Assembly: GCA_963716145.1 (NCBI GenBank)
Contig: OY970292.1
Coordinates: 661,171 to 725,170, forward strand
Length of the DNA stretch: 64,000 nucleotides
Reading direction: 5' to 3'
DNA from: Candidatus Levyibacteriota bacterium
GTDB taxonomy: Bacteria > Patescibacteriota > Microgenomatia > Levybacterales > UBA12049
Shown here piece by piece: positions 1 through 9,416 of the stretch. Each line of letters starts with the position of its first letter. Position 1 is the stretch's first letter. Under the pieces are notes generated by a model. The model saw nothing but the letters and a program-made list of their open reading frames with translations. It searched no databases and was not told the origin of the DNA. Made by a program: the position numbers and the translations under genes.

Positions 1-2
1 AG

Positions 3-1880
3 GCTACAAGTCAGGCTCGAATTGGCTCTGTGACCATCGGAGCATTGGATGCAACAAATAACAGTCTCCTTGTACACGCAGACGGCGCAGGAGTAGGGAT
101 TATAAGAAATATAAAAATAAACGGAAGCCTTACCCTCTCAGGAGATAACGTAGACAACGGAGGATTGATAGTCCTATATGGACGGGCGGACACAGGCGGA
201 TCTGGTTTTAGCATGGCCGGAGGACAAGTAAATTCAGACATTGCCACCAGAAACTCAACTATTACAGGCGTTCACGCATACGCTAGCGCGGTTACCAATG
301 TAAATGGCGGTAACATTATATTCAATGGGGGTGCCAAGACATCGGGTAGTGGTGGGACAGATGGGAATGTTATTTTGGCTAACACCCGTGGCAACGTGGG
401 CATCGGCACCACAGCGCCTGATGTCTATTCTCTTGGTCTCACAAAACAAGTAACTATCTCAACCAACGGCGCGAGCGTCTCCTCAGCATCTATTGCAATT
501 GCGGGAGGAACTACCGGATCGGCACGTATTGATCTGGGTAATGAAAGTATTCTCAGAAGCGCTATACAAGGCATAAATGGATCCCATTTAACGCTTAGCA
601 CTAATGCTGCCAATTCAGGCACTACTCTGACAGAAAGATTGCGGATCCAATCAGACGGCAACGTGGGTATTGGGACAACTGCGCCTAGTACAAAATTTGA
701 AGTCGCAGGATACACTACCATCAGTGGGTCTGCATCTCATCTTGGATTTAATAACCCCACAACTCAACAAATATTTGGTCCTTATGGTTCAACTGCTGCT
801 GGGGGATATAGCTTTAATAACGATGCGGATACTGGATTCTCCAGATTTGCCGCGGATACCGTAGGGATAGTGACAGGAGGGTCAGAAAGACTCCGCGTTG
901 ACTCCACCGGCAACGTGGGGATCGGCACCTCTGCCCCTGGAAAAACCTTGGAAGTCGCAGGTAACAATACCACCAGCGCTTACACACCTCTCCGGTTAAG
1001 GAATACAAATGGAACAATAGGTGTGACCTGGGACTTTAACTTGGGTACCGACAAAGGACTAAATCTAAGTTCTAGTTCTGGAAATTCTTCTTTCTCGATT
1101 TCTCCGTCATCTGCAGCACTGAATGCTTTTTATATAAATAACGCTGGAAACGTGGGGATTGGGACAACAGGGCCGAATAATAATTTACATATAATCGGAG
1201 CAAGCAATACAAATTCTGGGATATTTGTAGAAGATGTCGCGGGGAGTAGGATATTAATATCTGGCTCACGGAGCACCACGGGCGTACCTTATATAGGAAC
1301 TTTTTCTTCAAGTACTCCACTTACACTTGGAACAAACGGAAACGAAACAATGCGTTTAACCACCGCTGGAAACGTGGGGATCGGGACGACTGCGCCAACC
1401 TTTAATCTGGATATCCAGAATGCAACCGGTACGACTCTACTTCGTGCCAAGAACACGGGAAGCAGCAATGCCGGTATCATCCTAGCATCTGACAATAACG
1501 GAGGATATATTACCAATAATGCCAGTCTTCTGACCAGTGAGGCAATCTACTTCCAGAACTCCACAAACTTAATGCGGCTGTATGCTGCAGGAGCTGAAAA
1601 AGCAAGACTGAGCAGTACTGGACTACAACTCTTTGGTACTGGCTCCGTTCTGGTAGTTGATGGTACCGGTAATAGCTCATTTGCTGGCAACGTGGGGATT
1701 GGGACGACCGCGCCGGGATCAAAATTTGAAATAAGCGGTAGTAACTCAGACCCATCAGGCGCATTGAGTAATGTAGGGGTAGTTCGGATAGGTACAGCCG
1801 CTACCAATGGTCTGGATATTGGCGCGAGTAGTTCGAGTCCATTTGGGGTCTGGCTTCCAGTCCAAAACAACCAGCATTAA
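3..1880 (+). CDS. Giant secreted repeat protein, N-terminal part (5' partial at window edge); six copies of a ~45-aa repeat carrying GNVGIGTT[AS]P
   Basis: Open frame runs from window start (no stop in frame before Met at 30). Repeated motif GNVGIGTTAP / GNVGIGTSAP / GNVGIGTTGP at regular spacing; Gly/Thr/Asn/Ser-rich composition typical of beta-helical fibre or adhesin repeats. Confidence 0.7.
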   Translation, partial: ATSQARIGSVTIGALDATNNSLLVHADGAGVGIIRNIKINGSLTLSGDNVDNGGLIVLYGRADTGGSGFSMAGGQVNSDIATRNSTITGVHAYASAVTNVNGGNIIFNGGAKTSGSGGTDGNVILANTRGNVGIGTTAPDVYSLGLTKQVTISTNGASVSSASIAIAGGTTGSARIDLGNESILRSAIQGINGSHLTLSTNAANSGTTLTERLRIQSDGNVGIGTTAPSTKFEVAGYTTISGSASHLGFNNPTTQQIFGPYGSTAAGGYSFNNDADTGFSRFAADTVGIVTGGSERLRVDSTGNVGIGTSAPGKTLEVAGNNTTSAYTPLRLRNTNGTIGVTWDFNLGTDKGLNLSSSSGNSSFSISPSSAALNAFYINNAGNVGIGTTGPNNNLHIIGASNTNSGIFVEDVAGSRILISGSRSTTGVPYIGTFSSSTPLTLGTNGNETMRLTTAGNVGIGTTAPTFNLDIQNATGTTLLRAKNTGSSNAGIILASDNNGGYITNNASLLTSEAIYFQNSTNLMRLYAAGAEKARLSSTGLQLFGTGSVLVVDGTGNSSFAGNVGIGTTAPGSKFEISGSNSDPSGALSNVGVVRIGTAATNGLDIGASSSSPFGVWLPVQNNQH

Positions 1881-3876
1881 TGCGAGCGCAGTATATCCTC
1901 TACTCCTAAACCCAGTCGGCGGCAACGTGGGCATCGGGACTACGAATCCTGGTACAACACTTGATATTGTCGGAACATTGAGAGTCTCAAGTTCTATAGT
2001 ACAAGGTGGAGCGGCAAATAATGGTATTGGAGAAGCCCAAATATCAGGCGTTCAACTCGCGCTATCTACAGCAGGTGCTGCGAGAAATGCACTCGCTCTC
2101 CGTGGATCCGCTTCTCAAACTGCGGATCTTCAGCAATGGCAGGACAGTGCGGGTGATATCGCGGCAAGCATGGGGCCAATCGCTGCCGGCAATCAGCGCC
2201 AACAATTTTTACTCTATAACACCCTTGAAACAACGCCTACCAATTATGAACGATTAGGTCTCTATGCTGACTCAACGAACAATATATTCAGAATTGATGC
2301 ACAAAATGGAGGAACGGGAACCCTTCGTAATTTAACCCTTCAAACAACCGGCGGCAATGTGGGGATTGGGACCACTGCGCCAACCTATAAATTATCTACC
2401 CTCAACTCTATTTCAACTGCCGGATCTGCTGTCTCTGCCATTACCAACACAAATACTACAGACAGTGCCAACACTGTAACTTTGAGGCTGAATACAGGTG
2501 CTACCTCCACCACAACTAATGCTCGTTTCATGACCTTCTATGCAGGCTGTACAACCGAAAACTGTGCAGGGACAGCGGTTGGAAATCTTCAGCTTAACAA
2601 CAATGCGGTACAACTAAATTCAGGAACCGCTGATTTTGCCGAGCGCTTCCCAGTAAGTGAATCAACAGAACCAGGAGACATCATAGGTATTGGTACCGCT
2701 GGTAACAGAAAAGCCCAAGCAGGAGATAGTTTGCTGGGAGTTGTCTCAGATACTGCCATAGTTGTAGGAAATTCTCCGGAAGGCGTTGATAAGTCAACTA
2801 ATCCTGTTGTCGGCCTTGTCGGTCAGGTCAAGACCAAAGTCTCAACAGTAAATGGTGAAATCAAAGCCGGTGATTTAATTACAGCAAGCGGCACACCGGG
2901 AGTTGGTATGAAAGCAACCCGCCCGGGAGCTATTATCGGTAAAGCGCTTGAATCATTCTCAAATGATGGAATCGGAAAAATACTAATCTACGTCAACTCC
3001 TCCTACGCTGATCCGCAAGGAGCTCTCGCTAATCTTTTCCTTGATGAAGGCGGAAACTTAGTTCTTCCAGCCAACACCAAAAGCGCAAACGCTGATCTGG
3101 GCCTGCCTCTTATTGCTTCTCCCGCAAATAATAATCCTGCCTCCCCCATCCTAAGTAAAACCGAAGGGTTTAATCCGGAGGAGTTTAATCAAAGAATTGC
3201 AACCAGTTCAGCGCACTTAGATGTCAGCAGTCAGTTGTCAGAAATCAGCAGCCAAACAGATAACCTTAATTCTAAAGTGGCTTCCGTAGAAGCTGAGCTT
3301 AAACTTTTAACTTTAAACTTTGGACTTTTAGCTAATCCTGCCTCCAGCTCTGCTCAATTAGGCTTAGACCCTGGCAACGCTACTTTCTCAGGAGATCTAA
3401 GTGTAGGAGGACGTACAACGCTTTCAGACGTTGGAATCACAGGAAAGATGAATATTGGCCTACTTGCAATTGAGGGACTATCAGAGAACGGTTTCGCGAC
3501 CATTAACACCACTTCTGGTCCTTTGAAAATCCAATCAGATGGACTCAACGGCATAGATATTCTTGATGGAAAGATTGTGATCGAACCCTCAGGCAACATG
3601 AAAGTTAATGGCGAGATTACTGTTAAGAAGGTAAATGTTGATACTGCTGAGGTAGCTTCAGCCTCGCTTGGTACAGCTATTCTTCCAACCGGCGAAAACC
3701 AAGTTGTAATTAATTCAACAGCTATAACTGATAAATCCAAAGTGTTTGTCACCTCAGAAACAGATATAGACTTACCGCTTAACGTAGTAAGTAAAACTGA
3801 TAAAAAATCCTTTACTGTAAAAATCAAGAACTCCCAGCAGGAAGATGTTAAGTTCAATTGGTGGATCGTTAATTAA
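1807..3876 (+). CDS. Giant repeat protein, C-terminal part (probably continuation of 3-1880 across a frameshift); carries a conserved ~150-aa domain (..FYAGCTTENCAGTA..ADFAERF..GDIIGIG..) and ends NWWIVN
   Basis: Overlaps the previous ORF by 74 nt in another frame and has no signal peptide of its own. Shares the GNVGIGTTxP repeat and a central domain with ORFs 9325-12009 and 17001-19646. Its C-terminus (NWWIVN) matches 9325-12009 (NWWIIN). Confidence 0.65.
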   Translation: MVWILARVVRVHLGSGFQSKTTSINASAVYPLLLNPVGGNVGIGTTNPGTTLDIVGTLRVSSSIVQGGAANNGIGEAQISGVQLALSTAGAARNALALRGSASQTADLQQWQDSAGDIAASMGPIAAGNQRQQFLLYNTLETTPTNYERLGLYADSTNNIFRIDAQNGGTGTLRNLTLQTTGGNVGIGTTAPTYKLSTLNSISTAGSAVSAITNTNTTDSANTVTLRLNTGATSTTTNARFMTFYAGCTTENCAGTAVGNLQLNNNAVQLNSGTADFAERFPVSESTEPGDIIGIGTAGNRKAQAGDSLLGVVSDTAIVVGNSPEGVDKSTNPVVGLVGQVKTKVSTVNGEIKAGDLITASGTPGVGMKATRPGAIIGKALESFSNDGIGKILIYVNSSYADPQGALANLFLDEGGNLVLPANTKSANADLGLPLIASPANNNPASPILSKTEGFNPEEFNQRIATSSAHLDVSSQLSEISSQTDNLNSKVASVEAELKLLTLNFGLLANPASSSAQLGLDPGNATFSGDLSVGGRTTLSDVGITGKMNIGLLAIEGLSENGFATINTTSGPLKIQSDGLNGIDILDGKIVIEPSGNMKVNGEITVKKVNVDTAEVASASLGTAILPTGENQVVINSTAITDKSKVFVTSETDIDLPLNVVSKTDKKSFTVKIKNSQQEDVKFNWWIVN

Positions 3877-3989
3877 TTTTCAATTTTTAATTTAAAATTT
3901 GAAATGAATAATTAATGTTTTAAATTTAAATTTTTAAACTTTTGGAGTTGATTGAAAATTGAAAACTTCAAATTGAAAATTGTCTGATT
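3877..3989. repeat. AT-rich imperfect palindromic element built from gaaaattgaaaa / ttttcaattttc units; terminator-like, between convergent gene ends
   Basis: Core ttaaaatttgaaatgaat...tgttttaaatttaaatttttaaac is almost identical to the copy at 42515-42580. Inverted symmetry (tttcaattt ... aaattgaaaa) would form a long hairpin. Confidence 0.55.
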
Positions 3990-5756
3990 TCACTCCACTG
4001 CATCGGCTACCACCTGCCAATATCTTGCTTCCTGGAAAACAATCTTGCCGGTCTTACTATCGCTAAACTTAAGCGGTCCTATTTCGTAAAACTCCGGCCA
4101 AACCTGGGGGAAATGCAGATTATAGCTCAATTTATAAGTATCCCCTTTCTTCAAATCAACATTCCATTTGATAATTTGGTTATTATGCTTATAGTTTCTG
4201 AAAACTATTCCTCTGTCTGAAATCATTGAAGCTGTTATACCTTTGGGCAAATTTTCCATAATTTGTCCTTTAAAATCTCTATTTGCATTTATAGTAATTG
4301 CTACAGGATAGGTTGAGAGCGGATAAACCCTTGTCGGATACGATGATCTTTCTACGCCAAAAACTGAATTATCCGCGACTATCAACTTCTCATCAAACTG
4401 CTTTTCGCCATCATAGGTCACGGCTTTTACATGGAGTTTGTAAACCCCTGCTTTTTCAAAAGACAATGCGTCCGCTATGTAATCAGGCATATTGGTCACG
4501 CTTCTTATTGAACATTCCCCGCTTCGCCTTACTCTACCATTTTCCGATGACAATACACCGGTTCTGACGCCTGCCGGATTAAATATTTCAAGTGATATGT
4601 CTGCATTACAAATTGTGTTGCCTGCATGATCTATAATTCCAAAGCCTAAGCTTACATCCGATCCTACGTTATTAGGGCTCCTGGGACTATTCATGGCGAG
4701 TGCGCCCCATTTAAAATCCTGCTGTGTCCCGCTCTGCTGGGGTTCTGTTCTGTCCAAGCTAGAATTCGGTTTACCGGCAGCTGTTTTTTTACCGTCTTGT
4801 TTTTGCGGAGGCTGCTGATTAGTATTTATATTTGTTAAATTAGGTAAGGGTAGTTTTGAGGGATTATTAATTACAAACAAAATAGAAAATAGCCCAAAGA
4901 GTATAATCGTACAGAGCACCGCGAATTGCCGCGCGTTAGCAAACTGCCTCCTCCGACTGATAACAGGACCGACCGATAATGAGTAAGCTAAACGGGCTTC
5001 GTAACTATTAAGCTCCATTCGTTTTAACATGTAATACAGGCCTGATCTACTTATGGTTTGACCCTTGCTTCTTACTATTATAGTAATTTGGGCTAGAGAA
5101 AATTGAGGGTTTTGCGCAACAATTTCCAATACCGTATTTTTAAGTTCCGGCACAAAGCGCCAATGCTTATCTCCCTTGGGACGATTACTTTCCAGTGCAA
5201 CTTCCTTTCTTTTTGAATGCTGATATTGACTTATCCAACGGTAGAAAATAGTTCTCGATACACCGACTTCTCTTGTCAGCTTAGTTATGGATTCACCTTT
5301 TTCATGTCTGGATATAAGCTCGATTTTTTGTGCTCCGGAAAAAAATTCATAACTTTTTTTTACCTTTCTCTTTAAACTTTTAATACCTGCGCTGGCAGTT
5401 CTTTCTTTGTAATCCTTAAGTACATTCCATGCCCCTCCCACGCTGACATGCGCACGTTTTGCAACTTTTCTTATGGAAAAATCCGGATTATTTAGCCATA
5501 AATTTATTATCTCCCGCTCTTTTTTTCTATCAAGTTTTCTCCAATGCGATTTTCCTTTGGGATACTTTTCGGAAAGAGCATCAGCTGGATTATTTTTTCT
5601 AGTATGCTTATATTCTTTTAACCAATGATAGAAAATAGTCCGTGAAATGCCGTACTCTTTACATATTTTGCTGACACTTTCACCTCTTAATGAGCGGGAC
5701 AGGAGCTCCATTTTGATTTCCGGAGATAATCTTTTGTAGTTTTTTGAAGTGTTCAT
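3990..5756 (-). CDS. Membrane-anchored protein with four N-terminal transposase-type helix-turn-helix modules, one TM helix and a ~300-aa extracytoplasmic domain
   Basis: Four repeats of a pattern like ..LSxxxKxEL..R...GES..KI.KEYG.SRTIFY.W...Y.. (IS3/IS630-type HTH). Hydrophobic segment FAVLCTIILFGLFSILFVINN. C-terminal domain of unknown function. Confidence 0.6.
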   Translation of the reverse strand: MNTSKNYKRLSPEIKMELLSRSLRGESVSKICKEYGISRTIFYHWLKEYKHTRKNNPADALSEKYPKGKSHWRKLDRKKEREIINLWLNNPDFSIRKVAKRAHVSVGGAWNVLKDYKERTASAGIKSLKRKVKKSYEFFSGAQKIELISRHEKGESITKLTREVGVSRTIFYRWISQYQHSKRKEVALESNRPKGDKHWRFVPELKNTVLEIVAQNPQFSLAQITIIVRSKGQTISRSGLYYMLKRMELNSYEARLAYSLSVGPVISRRRQFANARQFAVLCTIILFGLFSILFVINNPSKLPLPNLTNINTNQQPPQKQDGKKTAAGKPNSSLDRTEPQQSGTQQDFKWGALAMNSPRSPNNVGSDVSLGFGIIDHAGNTICNADISLEIFNPAGVRTGVLSSENGRVRRSGECSIRSVTNMPDYIADALSFEKAGVYKLHVKAVTYDGEKQFDEKLIVADNSVFGVERSSYPTRVYPLSTYPVAITINANRDFKGQIMENLPKGITASMISDRGIVFRNYKHNNQIIKWNVDLKKGDTYKLSYNLHFPQVWPEFYEIGPLKFSDSKTGKIVFQEARYWQVVADAVE

Positions 5757-5876
5757 GATTGAAAAAATGTTAACAATAATGTGAACACACAGTCAATTAG
5801 AAATTACTACATCAAAGCATAGCCCCATAAGAATTATCTAGCTTCAATTAAATTATTTCATTGTTTACTACAAGAC

Positions 5877-5898
5877 TTTAAAAATATCGTGAAAAACA
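5877..5898. repeat. Left arm of a ~20-nt inverted repeat (taaaaatatcgtgaaaaacatt) bounding a 1.34 kb AT-rich non-coding tract
   Basis: Its reverse complement (atgtttttcacgatattttta) recurs at 7219-7243 with 1-2 mismatches. Confidence 0.5.
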
Positions 5899-7218
5899 TT
5901 AACTATAATTTGCTTATTTACTATATTCACGTCTGTGAAATCATACTTTCCATACTATTTGGTAAATTAATACTAATAATTCTATTAATTACAAGACAAA
6001 TTTTGAATATTAAAACTTTATAACTAAATTTAAGTAGAATCCTAAAAAAGATAATTATTTATACCCCTGGAGAAATATATTTAGTCATGACAATTGGTAT
6101 CCAAACTTTTGCTAAGTTAAATGATCCAAACTAAAGTAAACTGGATCAATTTTACTTAAACAGACGCTTGCATGGCTAATATTAAAAACTTATATAATTA
6201 ATTTTGAGAATATTTAAAAGTTTACAAAATATTCAAAAACAAATACTAGAATTTAAATCTTAAGATAAATAGTAGCTTTAATGAGCCTAAGATATTTAGT
6301 AACAGTCATGAAAATGGCTGTTCACGAATGATCGGATGTTTTTGAAGACGATAAGTTGCAGATTAGCCTATTATAACAATCATTTCATATCTTAGCACCC
6401 AAATTATATTTCTGCTAAAAAATTTACCTTATACTTGATCTTATCTCATTTTACGCACCCGGTCGTATAAAGCGTTTTAAGGCTCTTGAAATTTAACTAA
6501 GCATCAAACCTTCATTGATCATTTTGATCTAACATGCAGATTATTACAAACCGATGTTACTCTAAAAGTCAGTTTTTGTTCAAGGAAATCTATTTTAATA
6601 ATTTGAGAATATCTCCGACCAGTAAATTCAATAAATTGCCTAGCAAGATATAAATACAGTTTTAATTAAGAATAGCGTAAAGCTCTACCGTATTTTTAGC
6701 GTATCTAGCTAAATCAAATTTTGAAGCTAAGTCTTTTTATAAATCAGCTTTAAAGTCTCATAGTTTGATTAATTTTACTACTATGAGTTTACTAAAAAAA
6801 TATTAGCTAGTCAACCAGTTGCAAACTATAATCAACAACATTAATATAAGAAATTGATACTAAGACTGATTTGTAAGTCCAAAGTGAATTATAAAAAACC
6901 TAGCACTACAACTTATCAATTGACAACAATAAAATTAACATGCTCAAAATACATTTTCTTCAATTTTAGCTATTGTCCTATTAATAAAATTCTACCCAAG
7001 TCTCATATTATTGATATACAACATTATCGTAGAGAGATTTATCTTGTCAGAGATTTAGTTAGTCATTTTTGGCTATTTTGTTTACCAAATAACCAAAATT
7101 AGGGAGCAAAAATAAAATCTAAATTGTAATAATATCCTATATATCAGAAAATTATATGAAAATATCCATTTCACAGCCTTATTTAATTTTCGTTTAATTT
7201 TTCACAGATTTTTTGATG

Positions 7219-7243
7219 TTTTCACGATATTTTTTATATATGT
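7219..7243. repeat. Right arm of the inverted repeat (gatgttttcacgatattttttata)
   Basis: Reverse-complement match to 5877-5898. Confidence 0.5.
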
Positions 7244-7285
7244 CTTAATAGTTCATTTAATATCAATATTGCTTATTTTTACCTA

Positions 7286-7365
7286 TTGACAAGATGGTGA
7301 AAACTTTTCTATTCTAGATATACTATTATTAATATATAGTTAATAATCGGTATAATTCGTATAAT
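7286..7365 (+). promoter_or_regulatory. Putative sigma70-type promoter region for the 7383 gene (TTGACA at 7286-7291; two TATAAT boxes at 7351-7356 and 7360-7365; GAGG Shine-Dalgarno at 7371-7374)
   Basis: Consensus hexamers read directly; spacing to the -35 box is ambiguous in AT-rich context. Confidence 0.3.
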
Positions 7366-7382
7366 CTCGAGGCTGTGTAGAT

Positions 7383-9416
7383 ATGGATATCATAAATCAA
7401 TTTAAAAAAACATTATTAGAAAATGGAGACTCGGCCCGTCTCGCCGAAGATGGCGAATCGAGGCGGGCAAGCAAGGTTACTGTTAAGAACTATATTGCTG
7501 ATGTTAAGAGATTTGTATTCTGGTTTGAAAATAATTATAAACGGTCATTTCCTCCTCCTGCACTAACTCTGGAACTGGTTGAGACATATCTTACACCTCT
7601 TAGAGCAGCATCTCCCAGATCAGCAAAGCGCTATCAGTCCTCTTTAAGAAAGTTCTTCGGGTATCTAACTGCTGAAGGCAAGCTTTCATACAACCCTCTT
7701 GAGAACAGCAAAGTGAAGCAACTTAAAACCGACCCATTGTATCTAAAAGAGTTCGGTAACTATCTTTACTCCTCCAACGCAAGCCCTGTGACCATCAAAA
7801 ATTATATTCTTGACGTACGCCAATTTCTTAACTGGGCTAGCGAAGTGACAGAAGATAGTTATAAAAAGGTACAGCCAGAAGAGGGTTCGCCATCACTATT
7901 CGACAATTCACTTACCCCCGCAAAACAGCTTCAATTTAGCAATCAGGCCTATCCGTTTGCCAATATTGATACCTTTATACTTGATGAATATAAGAACCGC
8001 CTTGTCAATGAAACCCGGCTTTCCCCTCTGTCGGTCAACAGAAAGCTCTCCTCGCTTAGAAAATACATCTCGTGGGCAAGTGCTAAAGGAATTCTTAAAA
8101 ATGGGGCGAATGTAGGTTCCAGCATTTTAAACTCCGCAGATGAAAACCTGGCTAGTGCGCCTGATGCTGTTCAGGTCGGCTTGGATCCGAATGTCTTAAA
8201 AGAAATTCAAACCATTCCGGCAAAGCCGGAATCACCTCTTGAAGCTGAGTACTCAAGATTCGGTCCATTGAGACTGTTTCAGAAAAGTAAACGGGCCGTC
8301 AATTTTATGCTTGATAGCCTGATAATATTATCCATTTTAAAAACAATTGAGGCCACAAAGTATAATCTTTGGAAAGCAACCGGTAAAGAAATCTTTACTC
8401 CGCTTCCAAGCGTTATAAAGTCACTGGGTCATGCTGTTAATACAACTTCCGCTGGGATTTCCGGAATAGACCCGATTAAATCAACTTCCCTCACTGCGAT
8501 AGATAAATTTGTAACCGCTTCAAACGCAGCATGGGGCAAGGGTAAAATTCGCTCAATTCCCAAATCTATATATGCGCCTTTTAGGATCTCGACAGATGCT
8601 CTACCGTTTTGGAGGAAGATATTGTTTAATGTTAAATATAGACGACCTAAATGGTACAAAAAGTATCATTCATATTCATTTGTACACTATGTGCACTTTG
8701 CAATTGTTTTGATCTTTGCAACTTTTGCCGGATTTAGCATCTATCAAAGATTCGCAAGTCCTGCGCCTATTAAAAATGTTCTTGCCAGTAAAGTAGTATC
8801 ACCCGGCAGACTTCTTTCCTTTCAGGGACGTTTGAATGACTCACAGGACTCTCCTATAACCCGCGAAAGTATTATTAAGTTTGCAATATATAATAGCCAA
8901 ACAGCCTCAGGCTCCGCACTTCTTTGGCAGGAGATTCAAACTATTCAACCGGATGGCACAGGCGCCTTCTCAACTACCCTTGGTAAGGTAAATAAAATTG
9001 AGCAAGATATATTTAATGATAATCCCAATCTGTATCTGGGGATTAGCGTAGGATCAGATGCGGAACTTATCCCGCGTCAAGAGCTTGCAAATGTGGGTTT
9101 AACCAAAAATGCAGAAGAACTACAGGGCTTAAAACCTATTACGGTAAATAATGCGGGTGCAAGTAATGTTATCCTTGCACTTGATTCTTCGGGAAATCTG
9201 ACTATAGGGGGGTCTGCGACCCCAATATTTCAAGCAACCGGCGGTGAATTTAAGTTATCCGGCCAGCAGCTCACTCTTGCTACAAATCAAGGCTCAAATA
9301 CCAATATTGTGATTAATCCTGACGGTGCGGGAATTATTGATATTCAAAGACCACTGCAAAATACATCAAACAATAACAATCTACAATCAGCCTTGGGAAG
9401 CCGTGGAAGTGGATGA
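7383..9416 (+). CDS. Membrane protein with three N-terminal tyrosine-recombinase core-binding (SAM-like) domain repeats, a TM helix, and an extracellular region leading into GNVGIGTT-type repeats
   Basis: Repeat 1 (..KVTVKNYIADVKRFVFWFENN..LELVETYLTPL..SPRSAKRYQSSLRKFFGYLTAEGKLSYNPLE) has the classic integrase N-terminal domain pattern. Two further copies follow (PVTIKNYILDVRQFLNWA.. ; LSPLSVNRKLSSLRKYISWASAKGIL). No catalytic recombinase domain. TM = VHFAIVLIFATFAGFSIY. Confidence 0.6.
   Translation: MDIINQFKKTLLENGDSARLAEDGESRRASKVTVKNYIADVKRFVFWFENNYKRSFPPPALTLELVETYLTPLRAASPRSAKRYQSSLRKFFGYLTAEGKLSYNPLENSKVKQLKTDPLYLKEFGNYLYSSNASPVTIKNYILDVRQFLNWASEVTEDSYKKVQPEEGSPSLFDNSLTPAKQLQFSNQAYPFANIDTFILDEYKNRLVNETRLSPLSVNRKLSSLRKYISWASAKGILKNGANVGSSILNSADENLASAPDAVQVGLDPNVLKEIQTIPAKPESPLEAEYSRFGPLRLFQKSKRAVNFMLDSLIILSILKTIEATKYNLWKATGKEIFTPLPSVIKSLGHAVNTTSAGISGIDPIKSTSLTAIDKFVTASNAAWGKGKIRSIPKSIYAPFRISTDALPFWRKILFNVKYRRPKWYKKYHSYSFVHYVHFAIVLIFATFAGFSIYQRFASPAPIKNVLASKVVSPGRLLSFQGRLNDSQDSPITRESIIKFAIYNSQTASGSALLWQEIQTIQPDGTGAFSTTLGKVNKIEQDIFNDNPNLYLGISVGSDAELIPRQELANVGLTKNAEELQGLKPITVNNAGASNVILALDSSGNLTIGGSATPIFQATGGEFKLSGQQLTLATNQGSNTNIVINPDGAGIIDIQRPLQNTSNNNNLQSALGSRGSG

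Noticed and set aside
6854-7102. 82-aa ORF in the AT-rich desert, and the ORF at 50274-50558.
   Set aside because: Lys/Ile/Asn/Tyr-rich translation of AT-rich non-coding DNA, with no RBS or conservation cues. 50274-50558 is listed only in the summary context as doubtful.
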